NCBI GenBank assembly: GCA_965214935.1
Contig: CBDCCS010000022.1
Span: 320,001-384,000 of the forward strand
DNA length: 64,000 bases
Reading direction: 5' to 3'
Origin: Candidatus Velthaea sp.
GTDB lineage: Bacteria > Vulcanimicrobiota > Vulcanimicrobiia > Vulcanimicrobiales > Vulcanimicrobiaceae
In this document: piece after piece, positions 46,306 through 57,651 of the stretch
How positions within the stretch are numbered: the first letter of the stretch is position 1
How the letters are laid out: each line of letters opens with the position of its first letter
Notes under the pieces: generated by a model
Told to the model about the DNA's origin: nothing
What the model saw: the letters and a program-made list of their open reading frames with translations, nothing else
Databases searched by the model: none
Position numbers and translations under genes: made by a program

Positions 46306-48576
46306 TTACACTCCCACCACGGCACTGCTTCGCGATGCACTCACGCGCACGGCGCCCCCCGCGCCGAACGCATTCGCCGGAGCCGCAGGCAACCCGTCAA
46401 CGATTGCGACAGCATCCGCCGGAACACGGTCGCTCACAACGAGAATCAGTCCGGACAGCACCGCGTCGCCGCCGGTCGAACCGGCGGTAACGTCGACTGC
46501 CTCACCGTCGCGCAGTTTGAGCCGCGCCGCCGTTTGCGGATGCAACGTCGCGCGCGGTACGGTCCGCAGTTGCACGATGCGCGCGTCGAACGCCAGGGTA
46601 CCGCCCCCGCTGAAAATCGCTGAGTCGACAATCAGACGCAGTTCGCCGTCGCCCGGCGCCGCAATGGACGTGCGGGCCAACGTCCGGCCGTTAGCCGGCA
46701 GTTCGCGTAAGCCGGCTGCCACCGCATGTTCGACCGCGAGCGGATCGGGCAAGGCAACACCAATTGCATCTGCGAGCAGGACGAGCATGTCGCCATCGGC
46801 TTGAGCTTCACCCGGCGCAACGACCGAGCCGAACACCGGCAGCAAATCGCCGGCCAAATCGGTCGTCGTTCCGCTCTTTTCGAACGCGGCGCACGCCGGC
46901 AAGATGAGATTTGCCAGTTCGGCGGTCTCCGTCATGAATAATTCGCTCACCACGACGAACGGCGTCGCTGCAAGCGCGGCCCGAACGAGTGCGCGGTCCG
47001 GGTAATGCAGCATCGGATTAGCGCCGAAAATCGCCAGCACGCCGATTTGCCCGGCACGCGACGCTTCGAGCATGCGCTGCGTGTCGAGGCCGCTCCCGCG
47101 CGGCAACATTCCCATCGCTTCGGCACCACGTGCATTCGGCTGCTCGCCGCTTATGAACAGACTGACGTCTTTGCCGCCGTCGCGCAAGGTTGCAGCTAAA
47201 TCCAGGAACGCTGCGGCTTCATCGATTTGCGTTCCATCCCAAACAAATGCGACGCGTTGCGTGTCACCGGCGATTTGCGCCGCCGCGTCGGCAACCGTTG
47301 CGACGTGGCGGACGGCAAGCGACGAACTCGCGCGATGATCGCCGATCGAGATCAAGCGTGCTCCGAGTCGCGAAACGGCTTTGCGAATACGCAGATCGAG
47401 CACCGGTGCAAGTGCCGCCGGCGGACGTCCGTAGGTGACGATCGTTTCGGCAATTTCGAGATCGAGATGCGTTCCGCCGAAAGGAGCCGGATGCGCTTGC
47501 AGTTGGCGGCCTGCGCGCCAGTCCAGGTTCTCGACGCCGAGCGCGCGATGCACGTATTGCAGCAAAAACGCTTCTTCATTGAGCAATCGGCCGCCGCCGA
47601 TGGCGCCGGCCGATTGCGGGCCGTGTGTCGCCAGCGTCTCTTTGAGCGCAGCGGCCCATAGGCCGATGGCGTCGTCCCATGCGATCTGCGACCAGCTGCC
47701 GTTTTGTTTGTACAGCGGCTGGGTGATCCGGCGCTCGTCGGCAACGTAGCCGACGTTGTAACGCCCGCGATCGCACAGCCAGCCGTCACTAATCTGATCG
47801 TCTTCTTCAACGCTCATCGTACGCAACAACGTGTTGCCGCGCTCGTCGACGTGCATTTGACAGCCGACGCTGCACTGCGTACAGGTCGTATCGGTGCGAT
47901 GGTTGTCCCACGGACGCGACTTGAACCGGTACGTTTTCGACGTCAATGCGCCAACCGGGCACAACTCGGTAACGTTGCCGGAGAAGTCGGAGACATACGG
48001 CGCGCCGGTGGCCGTCGCGATGATGGCATGCGCGCCGCGGTCGTCCGTGCGCAGCGACTGCTCTTGGGTGATGATGTCGTCGAAGCGCACGCAACGCAGG
48101 CATAAGATGCAACGCTCCTCATCGAGCACGATCGTCGGCCCGAGATCGACAGCCTTAGGTTTTGCGTCTTTTGCGTCGACGGAACGCGATGCGCCCTGGC
48201 CGTATGCCATGGAGTAATCTTGCAAATCGCACTCGCCGCCCTTATCGCAAATCGGGCAATCCAGCGGGTGATTGAGTAAAAAGAATTCGAGAATTGCGCG
48301 CCGGCCTTCGTTCGCCTTAGCGTTTTGCGTATGCACTTTCATGCCGTCGCTCACGGGCGTGTTGCACGCGATCTGCAGCTTGGGCATTCCCTCGATATCG
48401 ACCAAACAGACGCGGCAAAGTCCGGCCGGTCCAAGTTTCGTATGGTAACAATAAACGGGAATGTTGTTTTTGATCTGCTTCGCAGCTTCGACGAGCAGCG
48501 TGCCTTTGGGCACGCGCACGTCGACGCCGTCAATCGTGACGGTAACAAGGTCGGTTTGCGGAAGGGTAGTGCTCAT
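46306..48576 (-). CDS. nuoG: NADH-quinone oxidoreductase subunit G
   Basis: YCYH, CRVCLV, NHPLDCPICDKGGECDLQD, CILCLRCVRF, CPVGAL, CTQCSVGC. Confidence 0.96.
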   Translation of the reverse strand: MSTTLPQTDLVTVTIDGVDVRVPKGTLLVEAAKQIKNNIPVYCYHTKLGPAGLCRVCLVDIEGMPKLQIACNTPVSDGMKVHTQNAKANEGRRAILEFFLLNHPLDCPICDKGGECDLQDYSMAYGQGASRSVDAKDAKPKAVDLGPTIVLDEERCILCLRCVRFDDIITQEQSLRTDDRGAHAIIATATGAPYVSDFSGNVTELCPVGALTSKTYRFKSRPWDNHRTDTTCTQCSVGCQMHVDERGNTLLRTMSVEEDDQISDGWLCDRGRYNVGYVADERRITQPLYKQNGSWSQIAWDDAIGLWAAALKETLATHGPQSAGAIGGGRLLNEEAFLLQYVHRALGVENLDWRAGRQLQAHPAPFGGTHLDLEIAETIVTYGRPPAALAPVLDLRIRKAVSRLGARLISIGDHRASSSLAVRHVATVADAAAQIAGDTQRVAFVWDGTQIDEAAAFLDLAATLRDGGKDVSLFISGEQPNARGAEAMGMLPRGSGLDTQRMLEASRAGQIGVLAIFGANPMLHYPDRALVRAALAATPFVVVSELFMTETAELANLILPACAAFEKSGTTTDLAGDLLPVFGSVVAPGEAQADGDMLVLLADAIGVALPDPLAVEHAVAAGLRELPANGRTLARTSIAAPGDGELRLIVDSAIFSGGGTLAFDARIVQLRTVPRATLHPQTAARLKLRDGEAVDVTAGSTGGDAVLSGLILVVSDRVPADAVAIVDGLPAAPANAFGAGGAVRVSASRSSAVVGV

Positions 48577-48655
48577 GCTGCTTTCGAGTGACGGTTGGGT
48601 AACGATGACGGATCGAACACGATCGCAATGCGAAAATGAACCGAGGATGCTCGGT

Positions 48656-49936
48656 TTACACCGCCAGCGGTAAGCCGCGCGGCTCTTTAACGTACGCGCG
48701 GAACTGGTCCTCGTAACGCTTGACGACCGATGCCAGAAACGGTTCGAGCGAATCACCCAGCGCGCATAGGTTCAATCCGGTAAGTTGATGCGATGCCGCA
48801 ACGAGCATGTCGACGTCGCTTTGCAAGCCGTGGCCTTCGAGAATACGCACGAGCGTCTTTTCAAGCCACTGACCGCCTTCGCGACACGGCGTACATTGAC
48901 CGCATGACTCATGCGCGTAGAAACGAATGAGCGTGTGCGATGCCTTGACGAAGTCGGTCGTATCGTCGAAGACGACCATTGCTCCCGACCCCAGCATCGA
49001 TCCGGCTTTCGAGATCGCGTCGAAATCGTACGGCAAATCAAGATGTTCTTCAAACAGACAGGCCGACGAACCGCCGCCGGGTTGAACGCCGGAAAACGTC
49101 CGGCCGTCGCGCAGACCGCCGGCACAGTCCCAGATGAGTTGCCGAATCGTCGTGCCCAGGGCGACTTCATAATTGCCCGGTGCCTTCACGTGGCCGCTGA
49201 TCGAGACGATCTTGAAACCGGGCGAACGCTCCGGACCGACGCTTGCGAACCATTCCGGGCCGTTGCGCATGATATGCGGCAAGTACGCCAACGTCTCGAC
49301 GTTATTGACGACGGTCGGTTCGCCGTACAAGCCCTTGATCGCCGGGAACGGCGGTTTGAGGCGCGGCTCACCCCGACGGCCCTCAAGCGAGTTGAGCAGA
49401 CCTGTTTCTTCGCCGCAAATATACGCGCCGGCGCCGCGATGAATCGTCAGCTCGAGATCGTAGCCGGAGCCGAGCACGTTTTTGCCGACGTAACCGGCGT
49501 TCCGCGCGGCCTCGAGCGCCGCTTTAAAAATAAGATAACCCTGCTTGAATTCACCGCGAATATAGATAAACGCATGATGCGAACCGATCGCATACGAACC
49601 GATAAGAATACCTTCGATAATTTGATGCGGCGTCTGCTCGAGCAGCATGTGGTCTTTGAACGTGCCCGGTTCGGCCTCATCGCAATTGCAGACCATGTAG
49701 CGCGGCCGGCCGTTGTTCGGCAAAAACGACCACTTCCGTCCGGTCGGAAAACCGGCACCGCCGCGCCCGCGCAGATTCGAGCCCATGCAAATATCGGAAA
49801 CGTCTTTAGGCGTCAGTTCTTTAAAGGCGCGTTCGAGTTGAGCGTAGCCGCCCTGGGCGCGATAAACGTCGATATCGCGTAAATCGAGTTCGCCGATCCC
49901 TTTCGTCAATACGGGCGTAACGAGCGTGCTAGTCAT
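48656..49936 (-). CDS. nuoF: NADH-quinone oxidoreductase subunit F
   Basis: LRGRGGAGFPTGRKW, GAGAYICGEETGL, ESCGQCTPCREG. Confidence 0.97.
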   Translation of the reverse strand: MTSTLVTPVLTKGIGELDLRDIDVYRAQGGYAQLERAFKELTPKDVSDICMGSNLRGRGGAGFPTGRKWSFLPNNGRPRYMVCNCDEAEPGTFKDHMLLEQTPHQIIEGILIGSYAIGSHHAFIYIRGEFKQGYLIFKAALEAARNAGYVGKNVLGSGYDLELTIHRGAGAYICGEETGLLNSLEGRRGEPRLKPPFPAIKGLYGEPTVVNNVETLAYLPHIMRNGPEWFASVGPERSPGFKIVSISGHVKAPGNYEVALGTTIRQLIWDCAGGLRDGRTFSGVQPGGGSSACLFEEHLDLPYDFDAISKAGSMLGSGAMVVFDDTTDFVKASHTLIRFYAHESCGQCTPCREGGQWLEKTLVRILEGHGLQSDVDMLVAASHQLTGLNLCALGDSLEPFLASVVKRYEDQFRAYVKEPRGLPLAV

Positions 49937-50728
49937 GCTGCTGTCCTTCAATTGCCTGCAAATTCTTTTCGTGCAGAACGCGTTCGTTCGAGCGTTGCGC
50001 AAACGCCGAGTTCGCCATCAGCCGGTCGAGCATGATGATGCCGCTTGCATCGCCGAGTCCGCCCGCATTGTTGGGATCGCTAACACCGCGGCCGCCCGGC
50101 GATTTGCGACCTGTATCCTGCGCAATTTTCCATGTCCGTTCCGGTTTAGCCGTCTGCGCGAGTGGTGCAACCGGATACGTGCCGGCGCGAATGGCGGCCA
50201 GCATCGCGTCGATATCACGCTCGGTTAAGTCGTAGACGAACTCGAGATTGATCTGCATGCACGGTGCACGGTCGCAGGCCGCAAGACATTCGGCCTCTTC
50301 GTAAGAGAATAACCCGTCGGCCGTCGTTTCAAGATGTCCGATGCCGAGTTGCTGCCGGAAATACGCCATGATCTCTTCGGCACCGTTGATCGCGCACGAT
50401 AAATTACGGCACACTTGTATCATATATTTGCCGACCGGCTTGCGAAAGAACAGCGTGTAAAACGATACCGTCGATTCGACGACCGCCGGCGTGAGACGCA
50501 GCAGATAGGCGATCGCCACAATCGCATTCTGCGATACGTAGCCCTCATGCTCTTGAAACAAGTGCGCCATCGGAATGAGCGCACTGCGCGAATCTTCGTA
50601 CAACGCGATGAGCGCTTCACACTCCGGTCGCAAGCGCACGAACAGGTCGTCGAAAGCATTGCCGGAACGGACGACATTGGGATCCCAATCCGCCGGTACT
50701 AGCGTCGTTGCAGTCGAACTGCCGGCCA

Positions 50729-50729
<1 letters not shown>
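49929..50729 (-). CDS. nuoE: NADH-quinone oxidoreductase subunit E with C-terminal extension
   Basis: VSFYTLF, VCRNLSC, ECLAACDRAP. Confidence 0.95.
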
Positions 50730-51975
<1,246 letters not shown>

Positions 51976-51979
<4 letters not shown>

Positions 51980-52707
51980 TGCGAACCATCTTTCGGCAAC
52001 TGTCCGCCGCGCGCCGTATTCGGTTCGGCCGCCAGCTCTTTGGTACTCGCGGCCCCCGCCGTTGCGACGGCGCCCGGCGACGTCGCGGCGGGCGCCGGTG
52101 CGCCCGCGAAATCCGGTGCCGCCGGCACCGCTTGGCCGCGCGCGGCCGCAATTTGCCGTTGTAACGCCGCCGCCGTCTTCCCGGAGGCGGGCGTACCGGC
52201 AGCGACGTTGGATTTCAACGCAAATGAGGGACGCGGCGTACGCTCGAGCGCCGGCCCGCGCAACGGGTAATCCTTGCGCAGCGGCGCCCCTGTCCAATCC
52301 TCGGGCATCTGTATCCGCCGCAGATCCGGATGACCGGAAAACGCAATGCCGAACAGATCGAATATCTCACGTTCCGGCCAATCGGCCGACGGCCACAGGT
52401 CGGTTACGCTCGGCACCGGGGGCGACCCGATCGACACGCCGCACAAAACGCGTACCCGCGTTGCGCTCGCACCATTCGACGCGAACTTCAGCAGATGGTA
52501 GACGACGTCGAACCGCGGCTCGCGTTCGAGATAGTCGACACCGCCGATGTCGCTAAGCATCGCATAACCGTCGTTTCGCAGCGCCGTAAGCTCGTCCCGG
52601 ACGCCGGCGGGCGTGGTCCGGATGATACGCGCATCGTCGATATCCGGCCGAATCGCAGTTGGATCCAAGGCCGTCGAGCCGGCCGGCGGTAGTTGAGAAC
52701 TCGGCAT
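51976..52707 (-). CDS. nuoC: NADH-quinone oxidoreductase subunit C
   Basis: WPEREIFDLFGIAFSGHPDLRRI, PLRKDYP; Ala-rich tail. Confidence 0.95.
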
Positions 52708-52710
52708 AAC

Positions 52711-53193
52711 CTACGCTCGGGCGAGGATGCCGCCGCGGCCACCCTGACGGATCTGCTGTTGAATGAGATTCACGGCGTAAAGCAAGCCGTCGGGCGTCGG
52801 CGGACAACCCGGCATATACACATCGACCGGAACGATCGTATCGACGCCTTGCACGACCGCGTAGTTGTCGAACACACCGCCCGAACTTGCACAAGCGCCC
52901 ATGGCGATCACCCACTTCGGATCGGCCATTTGATCGTACAAACGCTTGATGATCGGAGCCATCTTCTGCGCGACGCGGCCCGAAACAATCATCAAATCGG
53001 CCTGGCGCGGCGATGCGCGAAACACTTCGGAGCCGAAGCGAGCTAGATCGTATTCCGGCGCGGTCGCCGTCATCATCTCGATCGCGCAACATGCTAAGCC
53101 CATCGTCAGCGGCCAAACGCTCGACGACTGGGCCCAGCGAGCAACTTCGTCGACTTTCCCCAATAAGAATTGACCGGGTGAATCTATCGCCAC
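52711..53193 (-). CDS. nuoB: NADH-quinone oxidoreductase subunit B
   Basis: [31 protein letters not shown]. Confidence 0.97.
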   Translation of the reverse strand: MAIDSPGQFLLGKVDEVARWAQSSSVWPLTMGLACCAIEMMTATAPEYDLARFGSEVFRASPRQADLMIVSGRVAQKMAPIIKRLYDQMADPKWVIAMGACASSGGVFDNYAVVQGVDTIVPVDVYMPGCPPTPDGLLYAVNLIQQQIRQGGRGGILARA

Positions 53194-53537
53194 TGGAATC
53201 CGCCTCTCTTCCACACATAGGCATACCCGACGGCGAGCACGATCACAAAGCCGATCATTTCCAGCAAACCAAACACCCGCAGTGCGTGCATTTGCACGGC
53301 CCAAGGATAGAACGATGCAGCTTCGACATCAAAGACGACGAACAGCATAGCGATAAGGTAGAAACGAACGGGGAATCGGCCGCTCACGTCGGAGGTGGGT
53401 TCGACACCGCATTCGTACGCTTCGCTTTTCACCGCGTTTGGCTTCGCGCGCGCCATCAAGCCCGGCAGCACGGTAAAGAGCACAGCGGCAGCAAGCGCAA
53501 CCGCAAGATAGATTGCAACGGGTCCGTACGGAGTCAT
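53184..53537 (-). CDS. nuoA: NADH-quinone oxidoreductase subunit A
   Basis: [22 protein letters not shown]; start is ATG 53537 or TTG 53546. Confidence 0.96.
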   Translation of the reverse strand: MTPYGPVAIYLAVALAAAVLFTVLPGLMARAKPNAVKSEAYECGVEPTSDVSGRFPVRFYLIAMLFVVFDVEAASFYPWAVQMHALRVFGLLEMIGFVIVLAVGYAYVWKRGGFQWR

Positions 53538-53545
53538 ATCAGTCA

Positions 53546-53947
53546 ATGATTTTCTGGAAGCTTTCCCGGAGCGCCTTTGCAGTGACGGCGATGTGCTCCG
53601 TTCTTGCAGCTTGCGGTCCGAACCCGAATCCGAATGGTGAGACGCAGATCGGCTCGATCGTCGGCCGTATTTTAGACGCGGCCAATAGTCAACCGGTGCC
53701 GAGCGCGACGGTCGTCGTCGGCACGATCGTGCGCAATGTCGTGGCCGCGGATGGCGGACAATTTACACTCGCCGGCGTTCCGATCGGCAATCAAACGCTC
53801 GTTATCCGCGCTATCGGCTACGCAACGGAGACCGAAACGATACTCGTAACCACCGGCAACACGTCCAAAGCCGGTGACGCCGGGCTGGTTCGTTTGCAAT
53901 CGACGTTACAATCGGGTGGTGCGTCGCCGCGTCCGCGACCGACTTAA
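53546..53947 (+). CDS. Lipoprotein with carboxypeptidase-regulatory-like (transthyretin-like) domain
   Basis: Lipobox LAAC; SIVGRILDAANSQPVPSATV...GQFTLAGVPIG...AIGY. Confidence 0.8.
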   Translation: MIFWKLSRSAFAVTAMCSVLAACGPNPNPNGETQIGSIVGRILDAANSQPVPSATVVVGTIVRNVVAADGGQFTLAGVPIGNQTLVIRAIGYATETETILVTTGNTSKAGDAGLVRLQSTLQSGGASPRPRPT

Positions 53948-54525
53948 CGGTCGGAGAGAATCGGAACGCCGGCTGCTTTGAGGTCGATTGCATAGCCGGC
54001 CACGACGAGTTCAACGCGATCGGCGCATACCGCAACACGTTGCATCAAACGGCCGAGATGATCGCGGAAAATGCGACCCTGCGCCGACGGCGGCACGAGC
54101 CCCCAACCGGTTTCCTCGCCGACCAGCACGACATGCGCGCGAGTCGCGGCGAGCGCTTCAACGAACGGCTCGATGTGCGTGTCGAGCAGGCTGAGTGCCG
54201 CGACCGCATCGCGTTCGACGAGCGCTTCACTATCGAGCAGATGCGCCGCCGCCCACGTTCCGAGCGAATCGACGAGCAACGTCGTTCCCGTCGGTGCCGC
54301 AGTGACGATGTGCGGCAATGTTGCAGCGCCGGAATGCCATAATTCGATCGCCGGGAGTGCTCCGCGCTGCACGCGATGGCGCGCAATGCGATCGGCCATC
54401 TCCTCATCCGCCGGATCGATACGCGCGGTGGCAACGTACGTTACCGGTGCACCTAGCCGGCGCGCAACGTGCAGAGCACGCGCGCTCTTCCCGGACCGCA
54501 CGGGACCGGTAATGAGAGCGATCAT
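53944..54525 (-). CDS. cobU: Adenosylcobinamide kinase/guanylyltransferase
   Basis: ITGPVRSGKS, YVATA, DEEMADRIARH, EETGWGLVP, FRDHLG, LVVAG. Confidence 0.92.
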   Translation of the reverse strand: MIALITGPVRSGKSARALHVARRLGAPVTYVATARIDPADEEMADRIARHRVQRGALPAIELWHSGAATLPHIVTAAPTGTTLLVDSLGTWAAAHLLDSEALVERDAVAALSLLDTHIEPFVEALAATRAHVVLVGEETGWGLVPPSAQGRIFRDHLGRLMQRVAVCADRVELVVAGYAIDLKAAGVPILSDR

Positions 54526-54581
54526 CGATCTGCCCTACGGGCGAGCAAACCCGCCGACCTCTACGGGGTTCTTGGGCGCAG

Positions 54582-55682
54582 ATGCAAGAGTTCGCGTTCT
54601 TCGCTGCCGGGGTGGTGATCATCATCATGACCTTCAGCGATGTTTTTCAATCCGTTATCGTACCGCGTCCGGCCACCCGCCGGTTGCGCGCGAGCGCGTT
54701 TATCGCCCGCTGGGGCTGGCAAACGTGGCGCTGGTTCGCGCACACGGCGATCAAAAACGACTTGCGCGAAGACTTTCTCGGAACGTACGCACCGTTATTG
54801 CTGCTGGTCTTGCTTGCATTCTGGGTGGCCAGCTTGATCTTTGGCTTCGGTTGCATTTTTTTCGGCTTACACGCGCAACTCAAGCCGGAGCCGACGTTCT
54901 CTAGCGCACTCTACTTCGCCGGAACGTCGTTTCTAACGATCGGTTACGGCGACATCGTGCCGGCCGCTCCGCTCGCGCGCGCGACTGCGATTTTTGCCGG
55001 CGCTTCAGGTTTCGGCATCTTTGCCATTCTCACGACGTTCCTTTTTGCAATCTTCGGTGCGTATCAATCGCGCGAAGCTTTCGTCGTCGCATTTTGCAAT
55101 CGGGCAGGGGCTCCGCCGTCGGGCGTCGAGCTGATCGAAACGCATGCCCGGCTGCACAGCATCGATAGCCTCATCGCGACACTGCGCGAGTCGCAAGCAT
55201 GGCTTGCCGCCGTGCTCGAGACGCACCTCGCATACCCGGTACTCAATTACTTCCGCTCGACGCACGACGACATCTCGTGGGTCGGCGCGCTGGGCGCGAT
55301 CTTGGATGCCTCGACAATTCTATTAACGACCGTCGACGTCCCGAGTAAAGCCGAAGCCGTGTTCGTCAATCGACTGGCGCGCCACTTCGTCAATGATTTC
55401 GGGCACCAGTTCAACCTCGCCGAAGGCACCGACGTCGGGGTCGAGCAGACGGAATTCGACGTCGCGTACGATCGGCTTCACGATGCGGGTATTCCGCTGG
55501 TCAATCGAGCCAAAGCCTGGCGTCATTTCAGCGAAGTCCGATCGACCTACGCCGGGCGGCTTAACGCTATGGCGCAATTCTGGCGTATTCCGCCCGCCCA
55601 ATGGGTCGGCGACCGCTCTCTCATCAGCCACCACCCGCCGTTGAAACTTACGCCGGATATTCCGCGGCTTGTCGATGTTTAG
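54582..55682 (+). CDS. Potassium-channel-family (Ion_trans_2) membrane protein
   Basis: LYFAGTSFLTIGYGDIVP pore motif; HLAYPVLNYFRS. Confidence 0.85.
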   Translation: MQEFAFFAAGVVIIIMTFSDVFQSVIVPRPATRRLRASAFIARWGWQTWRWFAHTAIKNDLREDFLGTYAPLLLLVLLAFWVASLIFGFGCIFFGLHAQLKPEPTFSSALYFAGTSFLTIGYGDIVPAAPLARATAIFAGASGFGIFAILTTFLFAIFGAYQSREAFVVAFCNRAGAPPSGVELIETHARLHSIDSLIATLRESQAWLAAVLETHLAYPVLNYFRSTHDDISWVGALGAILDASTILLTTVDVPSKAEAVFVNRLARHFVNDFGHQFNLAEGTDVGVEQTEFDVAYDRLHDAGIPLVNRAKAWRHFSEVRSTYAGRLNAMAQFWRIPPAQWVGDRSLISHHPPLKLTPDIPRLVDV

Positions 55683-55715
55683 CCGCCTGTCGCATCCTCA
55701 TTAACATCCTCACCG

Positions 55716-55760
55716 ATTGCACGCTTACGGATTGCACGCTGACGAATTGCACGCTTACGA
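55716..55760. repeat. Three tandem 15-bp repeats
   Basis: ATTGCACGCTTACGG, ATTGCACGCTGACGA, ATTGCACGCTTACGA. Confidence 0.9.
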
Positions 55761-56456
55761 ACGTGCGTGTTTGGCCATGAATTTTTTAACCGTGTCGATC
55801 GGCGTTGCAAAACCGATCGCGCGCTCTTCATCGAAGCGCGATTCGGCGATACCGATAATGGCGCCGGTTGTTGCGTCGAAGACCGGACCGCCGCTTTCGC
55901 CCGGGATGATCGGTACGTCGAGTTCGAGCGAGGTGCTGCGAACGCTCGCGATCCGGCCCGCGTAGATCGATACCTTCGTGCCGAGGTGTTCGTCCTCGAA
56001 AGCATCGGGGATCGGGTAGCCCATGACGCCGATTTGCCGCCCCGCTTGCGCTCCGCTCGACGTTCCGAGCACGACCGCCGGCACGCGTGCGATCGGCGTA
56101 TCGAGCAGGGCAATATCGTCGCGATCGTCACTAACCGCGACGATGAAAGCCGGTGCTTTTCGCCGGTCGCCGATCCGGGCCGAGATACCGCGGGCATCGG
56201 CGACGACGTGCGCGTCGGTCAATATTCGCGAACCCCAGCTACCGCTTTGCACGACGATACCGCTGCCGTACGCGGTGTCGTACTTGCCTTTGCGTTTTGG
56301 ATCGTCGGCCGGAACGAGCATTGTAAAGAGCGCCATGGACGGCTGCAGCTTGCGATACATTTCGACGTAGACGTCTACCCGATCGGCGGCCGGCGTAGCT
56401 GCGCGCGTGCAGGCAACGAGCGGCAGCATTATGCACGCCAAGAGAACAACGCGCAC
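55755..56456 (-). CDS. Trypsin-like S1C serine protease lipoprotein, no PDZ domain
   Basis: Lipobox LVAC; triad motifs LTDAHVV, DDIALL, PGESGGP. Confidence 0.9.
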   Translation of the reverse strand: MRVVLLACIMLPLVACTRAATPAADRVDVYVEMYRKLQPSMALFTMLVPADDPKRKGKYDTAYGSGIVVQSGSWGSRILTDAHVVADARGISARIGDRRKAPAFIVAVSDDRDDIALLDTPIARVPAVVLGTSSGAQAGRQIGVMGYPIPDAFEDEHLGTKVSIYAGRIASVRSTSLELDVPIIPGESGGPVFDATTGAIIGIAESRFDEERAIGFATPIDTVKKFMAKHARS

Positions 56457-56467
56457 GAACGCGCCGA

Positions 56468-57565
56468 TTAGGTGTTCAGGCGCTCCGCGATCGCCGCGCG
56501 CAACGCGTCGATGCCGTCCCCGCTCGTTGCACTGACTTCGACCGCGCCGGCCGGAAGCGCCGCGCGCGCCGCCGCATCGAGCCGGTCGATTTTATTGAAC
56601 GCAAGTATCGCCGGCTTCTCGTCCAAACTCAACTCGGCCAGAATCGTCTCGACACTCGCACGTTGACGCGGCCAGTCGCGATTCGATGCATCGATCACGT
56701 GGACGAGCAGATCGGCTACGTCGAGTTCTTCGAGGGTGGCACGAAATGCGTTGATGAGTTCCTTGGGCAGCGCCGTGATGAAGCCGACGGTATCCGCTAG
56801 GCGAATGTTGCGGCCGTCACCTATGTAGACCCGGCGTAATGTCGGGTCGAGCGTTGCAAACGGCTGATCGGCAACGAACGCGGCGTTGGTGCGCAGCGCA
56901 TCGATGCCGGCAAGCCGATTGAGCAGCGACGACTTGCCGACGTTGGTGTAACCAACGAGTGCCACGAACGGATCGCGACCGCCGCCCGACCGGCGCGTTT
57001 GACGCTGTTTGCGCACTTCCTCGAGCTGATCGCCCAGCATGCTCACCCGCTGCTGGATCTTGCGCCGGTCGACTTCGAGTTTCGTTTCACCGGGGCCGCG
57101 TGAACCGACACCGCCGCCGAGTCGCGATAACGCTGCTCCGGCGCCGATGAGATTCGATTGGCGGTAGCGCAACTGCGCGAGTTCGACTTGCAGCTGACCT
57201 TCACGCGATCGCGCATGCTGCGCGAAGATGTCCAAAATGAGCATCGTCCGATCGACGAACGGCAGCGGGACGATCTTCTCCAAATTCGTGCGCTGCCGCG
57301 GGCGCAGGTCGTTGAAAATGAAGATGGCGTCGGCTTGCAACTCTTTGGCACGCTCGGCAATCTCGCGCGCCTTGCCGCTGCCGACGAGCGTCGCCGGGTC
57401 GACTTGCGGCAGCCGCTGCACGATTTCGCCCACGACGACGACTCCGGCAGCGCGAACGAGTGCGGCGAACTCAGCCAGTTCGGGTTCCAGCGGCGCAGAC
57501 CGGTCTTGCAGGTCGACGGCCACGAGCAGTGCCCGTTGCGGCGCCTCGGCGACGGTACGAATCAA
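56468..57565 (-). CDS. hflX: GTPase HflX
   Basis: GSGKAREI, EGQLQVELAQL, RGPGETKLE, GYTNVGKS, FATLDPT, DTVGF, NKID. Confidence 0.96.
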   Translation of the reverse strand: MIRTVAEAPQRALLVAVDLQDRSAPLEPELAEFAALVRAAGVVVVGEIVQRLPQVDPATLVGSGKAREIAERAKELQADAIFIFNDLRPRQRTNLEKIVPLPFVDRTMLILDIFAQHARSREGQLQVELAQLRYRQSNLIGAGAALSRLGGGVGSRGPGETKLEVDRRKIQQRVSMLGDQLEEVRKQRQTRRSGGGRDPFVALVGYTNVGKSSLLNRLAGIDALRTNAAFVADQPFATLDPTLRRVYIGDGRNIRLADTVGFITALPKELINAFRATLEELDVADLLVHVIDASNRDWPRQRASVETILAELSLDEKPAILAFNKIDRLDAAARAALPAGAVEVSATSGDGIDALRAAIAERLNT

Positions 57566-57651
57566 GAAGCACGTTTTAGGGGCGCAAGCATTTTGCGCCT
57601 TTCCGCCGGAACGGCAAGCGGAGCAGCCCGATCCGGCGTACCTACCGGGTT

